Below are positions 37,746-45,330 of a stretch of DNA of 64,000 bases, one piece after another. The notes under the pieces are model-generated. The model was not told where the DNA came from. It was given only the letters and a program-made list of their open reading frames with translations, and did no database searches. Source of the stretch: a virus (lineage: Duplodnaviria; Caudoviricetes); IMG/VR virus record IMGVR_UViG_3300028886_000004, positions 32,001 to 96,000 of that record; one strand, 5' to 3'. Every line of letters starts with the position of its first letter. The stretch's first letter is position 1. Both the position numbers and the translations under genes were made by a program.

Positions 37746-38046
37746 GATTGGACTCCTTATAAGGTGCCGGCCACTTGAGCTCGTCCAGCCAATTGTGGCG
37801 GACCCGATCTTCCAGCCGATAAAATTCTTTACGCAGGTAGGTTGCCTCGCATTCCTTGTGGAAGAGGCGGGCTTTCACGGTTTTGTCCTTTTCGTGTACC
37901 CCGCGAATGAAATTGTATTGGGCGAGATTGTAGCTGCTCACGCCTTTTGCGTGGTAGAAACGCGCAAGCAGGTCCAGGTAGTCCTTTTTAGGGACAACCG
38001 GAATCTTGAAAATTTTGAGGAGGATTTTGAAAATGAGGTTCTTCAT
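37729..38046 (-). CDS. Hypothetical protein
   Basis: TAATG coupling. Confidence 0.65.
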   Translation of the reverse strand: MKNLIFKILLKIFKIPVVPKKDYLDLLARFYHAKGVSSYNLAQYNFIRGVHEKDKTVKARLFHKECEATYLRKEFYRLEDRVRHNWLDELKWPAPYKESNHESVG

Positions 38047-38756
38047 TATTGCTTCTCCTTTGCCATCTTTTCCAGCTTGTCAATCATCTTGACGCGCCAT
38101 TTGTTTTTGGCATCCCCGTTGGCGCCATCGCATTCATAGAGGTTCAGGCGGAGCATAAGGGAATCCAGCTTCGGGTCGTGGAGTTCTGTCGCGCGCTTCG
38201 CAACTTCAGCCAAAAGGCTCCCGAAGATTGTGATGATGGAAGGGCTGATCGATTCCGACGCCCTCATATTTGGGATAATGTCCTTGAGAAGATCCGGGGT
38301 ATTCACGGACCACTCAAGGCGTTGCTTTACGAGGATTTTCTTGCTTTCGCCAGCTTGGTTGCCAGCGCCCTCTTCCGGGGCTGGAGTGCCTTGGCGTGAT
38401 TTCTTTCGAGAAGTTTGAGAATTGCTTTGACGGGCATAGGTGCCTCCTTTAACGGTGATTGTGCGGTGAAAGTGTTTTGTGTTGTCGCGGTTACGGATAT
38501 CTAATACAATGTAGCCGTAGCAGCCGTTGCGCCTGAATGCATTGATGAGCGCCTTAGTAAATTGCTTCCAGTCCTCGGTGGACCACGGATCTTGCGTAAC
38601 CCAATCAATCGATGCAACATCGGCGTCGGCGGTGATCGAGTAGTGCTTGGGGCGCATAGTGTCCGGCAATTCGGACACGTTGATCTTGGTAGAATCGAAC
38701 GGCGGGAAGGGTGCTGTGCGCGATGGACGCGGGAGCACTGAAAGTTCTTTCATCAT
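38046..38756 (-). CDS. Hypothetical protein
   Basis: AGGAGG RBS; A.RA.EL.DP.L..LMLRL.LY pattern. Confidence 0.65.
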   Translation of the reverse strand: MMKELSVLPRPSRTAPFPPFDSTKINVSELPDTMRPKHYSITADADVASIDWVTQDPWSTEDWKQFTKALINAFRRNGCYGYIVLDIRNRDNTKHFHRTITVKGGTYARQSNSQTSRKKSRQGTPAPEEGAGNQAGESKKILVKQRLEWSVNTPDLLKDIIPNMRASESISPSIITIFGSLLAEVAKRATELHDPKLDSLMLRLNLYECDGANGDAKNKWRVKMIDKLEKMAKEKQ

Positions 38757-38759
38757 ATA

Positions 38760-38927
38760 TTACCTCCTGATTTCGATATTGTCGCGTCCGTGTTTCTTGA
38801 AGAGTTTTTCAAGATATATCTTGCACCATATTTCAAAGTCCAGTTCAAGCGACTTGTCGAATTGGACAATGCAGTGCTCCTTTTTGTATTTGCCGTATGC
38901 CTTGCGGACTACGCGGATTGTGCTCAT
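38760..38927 (-). CDS. Small hypothetical protein (MSTIRVVRK..., 55 aa; cassette-driven)
   Basis: Read manually; follows cassette copy 4. Confidence 0.65.
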   Translation of the reverse strand: MSTIRVVRKAYGKYKKEHCIVQFDKSLELDFEIWCKIYLEKLFKKHGRDNIEIRR

Positions 38928-39005
38928 ACCGTTCTTTCCTTGGTTCGACCGCTACCTGCGGCCTTATGTCCATAATATAGATACTTCTTTTGAAAAAGAC
39001 ACCCG
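38925..39005 (-). promoter_or_regulatory. Promoter-hairpin-RBS cassette, copy 4
   Basis: Reverse complement has GGGTGTCTTTTTCA-N11-TATATT, GGCCGC-AGGTA-GCGGTC, CCAAGGAAAG. Confidence 0.85.
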
Positions 39006-39125
39006 TTTTCTGCAGATTTCTGCATTTTCTTGAAAAACGGCGAAATTTTCGCGGAATTCCGAAGGGTTGGGACAGTCCGTATATATCAACAAATAACGAA
39101 CAACCCATAACTGGAGGTTATCCAA

Positions 39126-39329
39126 ATGACAGATTTGCAGTTGAAAATTCGCCGCCTTGCCCACCGCGTCTCCGCTTTGAAGAAGAACGGCAAGGACTTC
39201 TCCGCCCCGCTCGCCGAACTTACGCAGCTCCGTGCCCAGCGCAAGACCGAACATGCTGGCGAAAAGAAGGAAAAGGCGGACAAGAAGGCCGAAGCAGCTG
39301 CCCCGGCTGAAGCTCCTGCCAACGCGTAA
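39126..39329 (+). CDS. Small Lys/Ala-rich protein
   Basis: GGAGG RBS; own CGTATATA box. Confidence 0.7.
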   Translation: MTDLQLKIRRLAHRVSALKKNGKDFSAPLAELTQLRAQRKTEHAGEKKEKADKKAEAAAPAEAPANA

Positions 39330-39349
39330 GGACTTTTGTATATTTAATC

Positions 39350-39597
39350 ACCTCCCGATGAGGTTTTGCTAAGGTGACCGTGATAAGCGAAGCGGGCCGA
39401 GGCAAAGCGCCGGAGGCCGCATTGGGCTGAAGGAAATCGGAAAAATACAGCGTGCAGGCCCGCATGGGTTAAACAGTGAGGCTAGGTCCTTCAAGCTGCA
39501 CGCCATGTCGCCTACGTAGTTGTCTTGACAAGCAATGAAGTAGTTTCCCTCGGACCGGTCAATAGGGTTAAGAGATCGGCACCTCTTTCTAGGAGGT
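39350..39597 (+). ncRNA. Candidate ~250-nt structured RNA
   Basis: Starts after GTATATTT; ACCTCC/GGAGGT and CCGAT/ATCGG end pairing; no credible ORF. Confidence 0.45.
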
Positions 39598-39646
39598 CCT
39601 CCCTGAGATGGGCAGGTAGCGCTACGTCAAAAGCGTATAGATTTAC

Positions 39647-39720
39647 TGCGGGATAGAGCAGTTGGTAGCTCGCGTGGCTCATAACCACGAGGTCCCCGTG
39701 TTCGAGTCCGGGTCCCGCTA
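39647..39720 (+). tRNA. tRNA-Met(CAT), initiator-like
   Basis: CGTGG-CTCATAA-CCACG; unpaired 1:72; GAGC/GCTC D arm. Confidence 0.85.
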
Positions 39721-39882
39721 CTAAGGAAATAGGCGGTGCGCAAGCATCGCTGAAAGCGCCGAATGCTAGTTGCGCAACAATGGCTAGTAGGTGGCATTCC
39801 CGCCTTGAGTGCTCCGGGGACGTTAAAATAAATGGGAGCGCAGCCAACTAAGAGGCTGTGAAGATGCAGCCAAAAGAATTTT

Positions 39883-40036
39883 GGGCTTGTGAACGCGCGG
39901 GCTTGCCTCAAACCAACGCAATATGCCGATAGCTCTGAAATAAGGTGCGTGTAAACACTGGGCGGGAAACCGCCACAGCCAATCGGTAGGCAGAAGCGAT
40001 GTTGAGGATGCGCCGGTTCGACTCCGGGCGGGTCCA
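39883..40036 (+). ncRNA. tRNA-like / mini-tmRNA-like RNA
   Basis: GGGCTTG/CGGGTCC-A acceptor with G3:U70; CCGG-TTCGACT-CCGG T arm; CCTCAAAC/GTTGAGG helix enclosing an insert. Confidence 0.6.
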
Positions 40037-40190
40037 CTAAAAATTCAGGTCTTCTAAACGAGCAGGCGCTAATACCGCTTGTGCTTAGGAATCCGGCGGC
40101 GGCAGTATGGTGTAAACATCCCGGCAGGGAAAGATAGCACTCCGCGGGCAATGCAGGTGTAAGTCCTGCCCTGATAGCTTTTTGAGTGTA

Positions 40191-40274
40191 GTCCTTGTGG
40201 TGGAAAAGCATACACTTGGCATCCGTTGGCCGAGGACCGAATCGGCTCTGTAGGTCCGTATCCTACCTTGGGCA
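40191..40274 (+). ncRNA. Degenerate class-II (Leu/Ser-type) tRNA-like element
   Basis: GTGGTGGAAAAGCATACAC D-arm-like; GTAGG-TCCGTAT-CCTAC T-arm-like; 8-nt anticodon-position loop. Confidence 0.45.
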
Positions 40275-40500
40275 TGACTCAAAACGAAGGAGCTCCGGAC
40301 GCCCAGCCCTTGCGAGGGAAGCGTCGCGCCACCGCGCTAGGAGACCTTCAAAGATTTGAAAGAACGCTGGTAAGTCCAAGCTCGAGATTGGGACAGCTGG
40401 CGAGCACGATTGGGACGCCTCCCGTGTGTGCTTCTCCGGTGGCCGTGAGGGCCGGGGGAAACAAGTTACCAGCAGGGGGCACAATTATCCCGCGCGGGAG

Positions 40501-40615
40501 CCGTGAAGGCATAGGTATAGTCCTTTGAAGTTGTGAAATTCAGCTGCTACTTTCACGGACCGGATATGGCCTTGTATAGCCTTTGAGTCTGTGAAATTCA
40601 GCGCGTCATATCCGG
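40501..40615 (+). repeat. Two tandem hairpins each presenting a YT-GTG-AA (His-anticodon-like) loop
   Basis: CCGTGAA/TTCACGG and CCGGATATG/CATATCCGG outer stems; shared core GTATAG..CCTTTGA..YTGTGAAATTCAGC. Confidence 0.8.
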
Positions 40616-40700
40616 ACGATTTTTCTTTCCTGGTGTAGGGGGCGCCTATTATTTAGGCGCCTCCTTTCGTATATTTAGGTATCTTTTCAAAAGGAATACA

Positions 40701-41333
40701 ATGGAACACAAACTCGAAATCGTATACCTCCCGGTAAAGGACATTTACCCCTACAAGAACAACAATAAGACCCACGCCGATAACGTGGATTCCATCGCGA
40801 ACTCCATTGAATGCTTCGGTTTCCAAATTCCTATTGTCGTGAATAAGGAACACGTCGTTATCACCGGCCACGGCCGCTTGATGGCAGCGCAGAAACTTGG
40901 CTTGGACGAAATCCCCTGCATCATCTCCAACCTTGACAAGGAAGCTGAAGATGAATTCCGCATCATCGATAACGTGACGCAGTCCCTCGGTAAGCTGGAC
41001 TTTGCCTCCGTTGCGAAGGAAATTATGGGCGGCCGCGTTCACTCCAAGTATCTCACCGAAATGAAGAATATCATTACGGACATCAAGAACATCCGCCCGC
41101 TGGACCCCAAGATCCTCAAGAAGCGCAACATGTTGCCTCAGGAAGCTGGTATGGCCGCCGAAGTGGTTGGTGAAATCCCCGAAGACAATGCCGCCACGCC
41201 TGCTTCGGCGGTTCCGGATCCTGAAGCGCCTGCCGACGCCGAACCGGTTGAACCGACCGACGCCGAACCGGTTGATACCGGCAGTTCCGAAGGCGCCGAA
41301 GACTTTAACATCATTGGTTGGGATAAGGTTTAA
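40701..41333 (+). CDS. ParB/Srx-like N-terminal domain protein
   Basis: PY.NN..H, SI..FGF..PIVV, GHGRL.AA and RI.DN motifs. Confidence 0.85.
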   Translation: MEHKLEIVYLPVKDIYPYKNNNKTHADNVDSIANSIECFGFQIPIVVNKEHVVITGHGRLMAAQKLGLDEIPCIISNLDKEAEDEFRIIDNVTQSLGKLDFASVAKEIMGGRVHSKYLTEMKNIITDIKNIRPLDPKILKKRNMLPQEAGMAAEVVGEIPEDNAATPASAVPDPEAPADAEPVEPTDAEPVDTGSSEGAEDFNIIGWDKV

Positions 41334-41335
41334 CA

Positions 41336-42100
41336 ATGAAGTATTATGCCGGTCTTGATATCGGAAAGCTTCATGCGACAGTGTCCAAGGAAGCATTCCG
41401 TAAACACAAATTCAAATATGTCCTTGTGTCCTTCTATTATTTGAGCAAGGCATCCCCGGAACGCGTGCAAGAGGCGCTGGATCTTTATTCCGGCCCCGAA
41501 CCCGGTCAGGAGATCCTGCTTGACTCCGGCGCCTTCTCTATGATGATGGCAGCCAAGAAGGGAAAGCTGAAGGGCGAATTCAACCTTGACAAGTATGTGG
41601 AAGCCTACGGCGAGTTCATCAAGAAGTATCGCCGCTATTTCACCCACTTCTTCGAATTGGATATTCAGTCCGTGGTTGGCGAGCAGGAATACGCCCGCCT
41701 CCGCAAGAAGCTGATTGACATTGTCGGCGAGGAACCTACGCTGGTTTGGCACATCTTCGACCCGATTCAAAAGTTTGCCGATTACTGCGAAAAGGTAGGA
41801 CCCGGCGGATTCTTTGCAATCGGTGGCGTGGCAGGCTCCGGCTTGACCAACTGCCACGATGTCGCCCGCCTGATGCGCGAACTCGTTTGGTATGCCCGCG
41901 CCCGCGATGTTCATATCCACGGCCTCGGCATTACGAGCAAGCTGGCGCGTTACATTGACTTTGATTCGGTGGACAGCTTCACCTACATCAAGCCGGTAAC
42001 GAGCGTCCCTGAATTCATACGTGCCTACGGCTACAACCGTGGACATATGATCAGTTGTGCGGTCGCCAAGCTCAACCAGCTGATTTGGGATACGTTCTAG
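41336..42100 (+). CDS. dpdA: DpdA-like (TGT-fold) DNA 7-deazaguanine transglycosylase
   Basis: LLDSGAFS, ELD, VWH, AIGG, IHGLG and SVDS motifs; next to queC. Confidence 0.75.
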   Translation: MKYYAGLDIGKLHATVSKEAFRKHKFKYVLVSFYYLSKASPERVQEALDLYSGPEPGQEILLDSGAFSMMMAAKKGKLKGEFNLDKYVEAYGEFIKKYRRYFTHFFELDIQSVVGEQEYARLRKKLIDIVGEEPTLVWHIFDPIQKFADYCEKVGPGGFFAIGGVAGSGLTNCHDVARLMRELVWYARARDVHIHGLGITSKLARYIDFDSVDSFTYIKPVTSVPEFIRAYGYNRGHMISCAVAKLNQLIWDTF

Positions 42101-42170
42101 CGGTCCGTATAAATAAGGGCTGTTATTGCAACCCTTAACGGAGATGCCAACTATGAAGAAGTAATCCTTT

Positions 42171-42320
42171 TTGTGATCCTTGCGTGGCAGGAGATGGCCA
42201 AAACTGCCGCCCTGATTAGGGTAGGGATAGGACCGGAGGCCGCGTTGAAAAGCGCTATAGTGTTGAAAAGCCGCTCCGGAAACCGTCCACAAAGGTTCAA
42301 ATCCTTTCCGGGGGTCACAA
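42171..42320 (+). ncRNA. tRNA-like RNA with extended acceptor stem and very long variable arm
   Basis: TTGTGATCCTTG/CGGGGGTCACAA, GGCAG/CTGCC D arm, GCCC/GGGT arm, AAAGG-TTCAAAT-CCTTT T arm. Confidence 0.6.
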
Positions 42321-42448
42321 TGTCCTTTCCTTGGTGGGCGCCCTATTATGGGCGCCTTTTTTCGTATATTCGAACAACGCGGCCCCTAAGAGATACAGCG
42401 CTCCCAATTACGCAGGGCTGCCCAATTTAATACCTAAAGAGGTTATCT

Positions 42449-43147
42449 ATGAAGGCTCTCGTTCTTAACTCCGGTGGCGTTGATTCTACTACCTGCGTCG
42501 CCCTCGCAATCGAAAAGTATGGCAAAGAAAATGTGGTGACCGCCACCCTTTACTATGGGCAGCGCCACGACAAGGAACTCGAATGCGCCCGCAAGGTTGC
42601 AGAATACTACGGCGTCCGCCACATCGAGGAAGACATCTCTTGCGTGATGAAGTATGCCGGCGATGTGTGCTCCCTTATGAAGGATTCCAAGACGGAAATC
42701 CCGGACAAGTCCTATTCCGAACAGATCGCCGAAAATGGCGAAGGCCGCGTCGGCACCTATGTTCCGTTCCGTAACGGCTTGCTGCTTTCCATCGCTACCG
42801 CCTATGCGGATTCCTTGTTCCCCGGTGAAGATGCCGTTGTCGTTTACGGGGCACATGCGGATGATGCCGCCGGGCAGGCTTACGCGGATTGTTCCCCCGC
42901 CTTCGCCGATGCAATGGACAACGCCATCTCGATCGGCACCTATGGCAAGATTCATGTGTGGCGCCCACTCATCAACCTGAATAAGGCTGGCGTTGTTGCC
43001 GAAGGCCTCCGTCTCAAGGTGCCTTACGAATTGACGTGGAGCTGCTACAAGGGTGGTGAAAAGGCTTGTGGCACCTGCGGCACCTGCATTGACCGCAAGG
43101 CCGCATTCGAGGCAAACGGAGTAAAGGACCCGATCGAATATGTGTAA
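42449..43147 (+). CDS. queC: 7-cyano-7-deazaguanine (preQ0) synthase
   Basis: SGGVDST, YGQRH, TYVPFRN, Y.DC and TWSCY..CG.C..C..R motifs. Confidence 0.95.
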   Translation: MKALVLNSGGVDSTTCVALAIEKYGKENVVTATLYYGQRHDKELECARKVAEYYGVRHIEEDISCVMKYAGDVCSLMKDSKTEIPDKSYSEQIAENGEGRVGTYVPFRNGLLLSIATAYADSLFPGEDAVVVYGAHADDAAGQAYADCSPAFADAMDNAISIGTYGKIHVWRPLINLNKAGVVAEGLRLKVPYELTWSCYKGGEKACGTCGTCIDRKAAFEANGVKDPIEYV

Positions 43148-43535
43148 TGGACCAAGAACAGTTCAGCGCACTTGGGACGAGGTGAAGGCCGCCGCCATTT
43201 GGGCAGCCTCCAAGATGAAGGTGGACGGCAGGATGCTTAACGGCGTTTACGGGATTCCCCGTGGCGGCGCCTGCCTTGCGGTCCTCTTCTCCCATCTCCT
43301 GAAAATCGAATACCTTGACAAGCCGCGTGAAGGCTGCCTGATTTGCGATGACATCTCGGACACCGGCCAAACGCTGCTTCGTTACGCGAATCTCCCCGGG
43401 GTAACCTTCTACACGGACGTGGCGAAGGAAACCGCCCGGAAGCAGCCGGACTACTACGGGAAATTCATTCCTGAATTGGATGCGGATTCCGCCGCGTGGA
43501 TTGAATTTCCGTGGGAGGAACCTTCCAAGAAGTAA
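43140..43535 (+). CDS. Type I purine phosphoribosyltransferase (Gpt-like)
   Basis: GIPRGG, LICDDISDTGQT (PRPP motif) and WIEFPWE. Confidence 0.85.
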   Translation: MCNGPRTVQRTWDEVKAAAIWAASKMKVDGRMLNGVYGIPRGGACLAVLFSHLLKIEYLDKPREGCLICDDISDTGQTLLRYANLPGVTFYTDVAKETARKQPDYYGKFIPELDADSAAWIEFPWEEPSKK

Positions 43536-43676
43536 AAATGTCCGCCGTAGCGAATACGGCGGCGTTTTTATATATTTATAAGCGCGTATACGGCGATTTC
43601 GCAAAACCCAAGACTAATTCAAACACCTAAACAGAAATCGCCTTATACGCTTGTTATTGCGCAAATAGGAGGCAAT

Positions 43677-44216
43677 ATGCAGTTCGATCTCGGATTACGT
43701 GCATTGCATAAATTTCTTGACCCCCGCCGGTCCTTTTATGTCGGGGAAATCAAGGAAGAAGGCCCGAACTACATTGTCGGCATCAAGTATACCGATGCCA
43801 AAGGAAATGAGACGGAGCTGGAGACCACGGCGCGTCAAATCCTCCCGCTGACCTTCTCATATGAGATTGGCGATAAGGTGGTCATTTCGGTTGATACTTT
43901 CGTTCAATCGTATATCCTCGGCCTTGCGGAGGAGCTGGCGGGGATGGACCTCAGCACGGACTTTTATTTGCGCTTCGGGAAGAACATCTTTACCGGAAAG
44001 AAGGACGGCTCTATGGTCAGCTTCGAAACCGGGGATGGCAACCTGAAAATCTCGCACGATCCGACCGGCACAAAGGTGGAGGCAACCGGCCTTGTCACCG
44101 TGACCGGGGATGTTATCAACGTGGGCAACGCAATCGCCCCCGCCTTGAACGCCTGCACCGTTTGCCCTCTCCAAGGTGTCCACGCCTCAACCGTTCCAAC
44201 AATTTGTATTGGATGA
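43677..44216 (+). CDS. Putative baseplate spike / gpV-like protein
   Basis: OB-fold-like N-terminus, beta-repeat middle, C-terminal CTVCPLQGVH. Confidence 0.5.
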   Translation: MQFDLGLRALHKFLDPRRSFYVGEIKEEGPNYIVGIKYTDAKGNETELETTARQILPLTFSYEIGDKVVISVDTFVQSYILGLAEELAGMDLSTDFYLRFGKNIFTGKKDGSMVSFETGDGNLKISHDPTGTKVEATGLVTVTGDVINVGNAIAPALNACTVCPLQGVHASTVPTICIG

Positions 44217-44234
44217 TTTGCCGTATATTGAAGT

Positions 44235-44543
44235 ATGGCAAAGAACATTACGAAAAAAGATTTAGTGCTTGACATCGCTGACGGGAGCAATCTCTCCCAC
44301 GAAACAATTCAAGGCATTGTTGAGTCCTTTTTGGATTTTGTAAAATTTCATATCTCGAAGGGGCAGACCATCGAGCTCCGCGGGTTTGGAACCTTCTCTC
44401 TCCAGCACCGCAAGCGCCGCCCTGCCCGGAACATTCATACCGGAGAAGTGGTCCCCATCCGAGAACGCTATGTCCCCACCTTGAAGTTCTGCGATGCTTT
44501 CCGCAAGCGCGTGACAATGGTGGAGGTTCTCCCGGAGGACTAA
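44235..44543 (+). CDS. HU/IHF-family DNA-binding protein
   Basis: TKKDL, IELRGFGTF, R.ARNIHTGE and P..KF motifs. Confidence 0.93.
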   Translation: MAKNITKKDLVLDIADGSNLSHETIQGIVESFLDFVKFHISKGQTIELRGFGTFSLQHRKRRPARNIHTGEVVPIRERYVPTLKFCDAFRKRVTMVEVLPED

Positions 44544-45277
44544 TGGCATTCAATCTTCGACAAAAGGTGGCGGACGATCCGGTCACCGTCATTGAGAAGC
44601 GCTTTCCCAATATCATTCGCCAGTCCCAAAGCATCTTCACCAAGACGCATAAGGAAGGGCTGGAATTGATTGACGAGATTGCCACGAATCGCTTTGTCCG
44701 CGATTGGGCGGACCACTGCAAGCCTAGGCGTCCGTTAGTGTGCAACGGGACAGATGACGCCGTGAATATGATTACGACGGCGCTTCAAACCATCACTGAA
44801 AGGCAGAAGGAAGGGTGTTGGTATCCGCCTTTACAGAATGGCGAGCGTATGCGCGTGCCCGTTGCACACTTCCTCATTGCCCCGGTGACCAAGGGACAAG
44901 GCGTATTTAGTCCCTTCCTCCATTTCTTCTTCCAAAAGTCCGAGGCCGCCAGGATCGCGGAGGCTCGTGCGGAATTGATGAATCGTATTTGCGAGCTGGT
45001 GGAGCGCATAGGCGTGAAGGCGCAAATGAAGGCGCCGGCATACTTTTGGCAGGGCGCCGTCAACCTGCTCCACTATTGGCAGGGCATCCCGGAAACCTTT
45101 ATGGACAACGACGCAAAGAAGTTGTTGCTTGGAAAGGCGTCCTCCTTGTTCATCGCCGTGGAAGGCTATCAAAATGAAGGCGGATGGGTTCCGGACGGAT
45201 TCATTTGCCCTGAGTCCCCTGCGTGGGGACGATTCAAGTATTGGGTGGAGGTGAAGAAGCACGTTCGCCTGCCGTAA
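44543..45277 (+). CDS. Hypothetical protein
   Basis: TAATG coupling. Confidence 0.65.
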   Translation: MAFNLRQKVADDPVTVIEKRFPNIIRQSQSIFTKTHKEGLELIDEIATNRFVRDWADHCKPRRPLVCNGTDDAVNMITTALQTITERQKEGCWYPPLQNGERMRVPVAHFLIAPVTKGQGVFSPFLHFFFQKSEAARIAEARAELMNRICELVERIGVKAQMKAPAYFWQGAVNLLHYWQGIPETFMDNDAKKLLLGKASSLFIAVEGYQNEGGWVPDGFICPESPAWGRFKYWVEVKKHVRLP

Positions 45278-45330
45278 GGCCGCATTTTATTCCGGTGCGC
45301 CTATTTACCGGAAAATAGTATATTTAGTGT

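Noticed and set aside
39347-39356. ATCACCTCC resembling the 16S anti-Shine-Dalgarno end
   Set aside because: Too short and explained by pairing with GGAGGT at 39592-39597; no rRNA present
40400-40495. HDV-like/theta ribozyme suggested by CGC-CTCCCGT-GTG
   Set aside because: P1.1 and J4/2 do not fit; a simple hairpin (GAGCAC/GTGCTT, TGGGA/TCCCG) explains it
42372-42448. preQ1 riboswitch upstream of queC
   Set aside because: No preQ1-I stem-loop with A-rich tail recognisable
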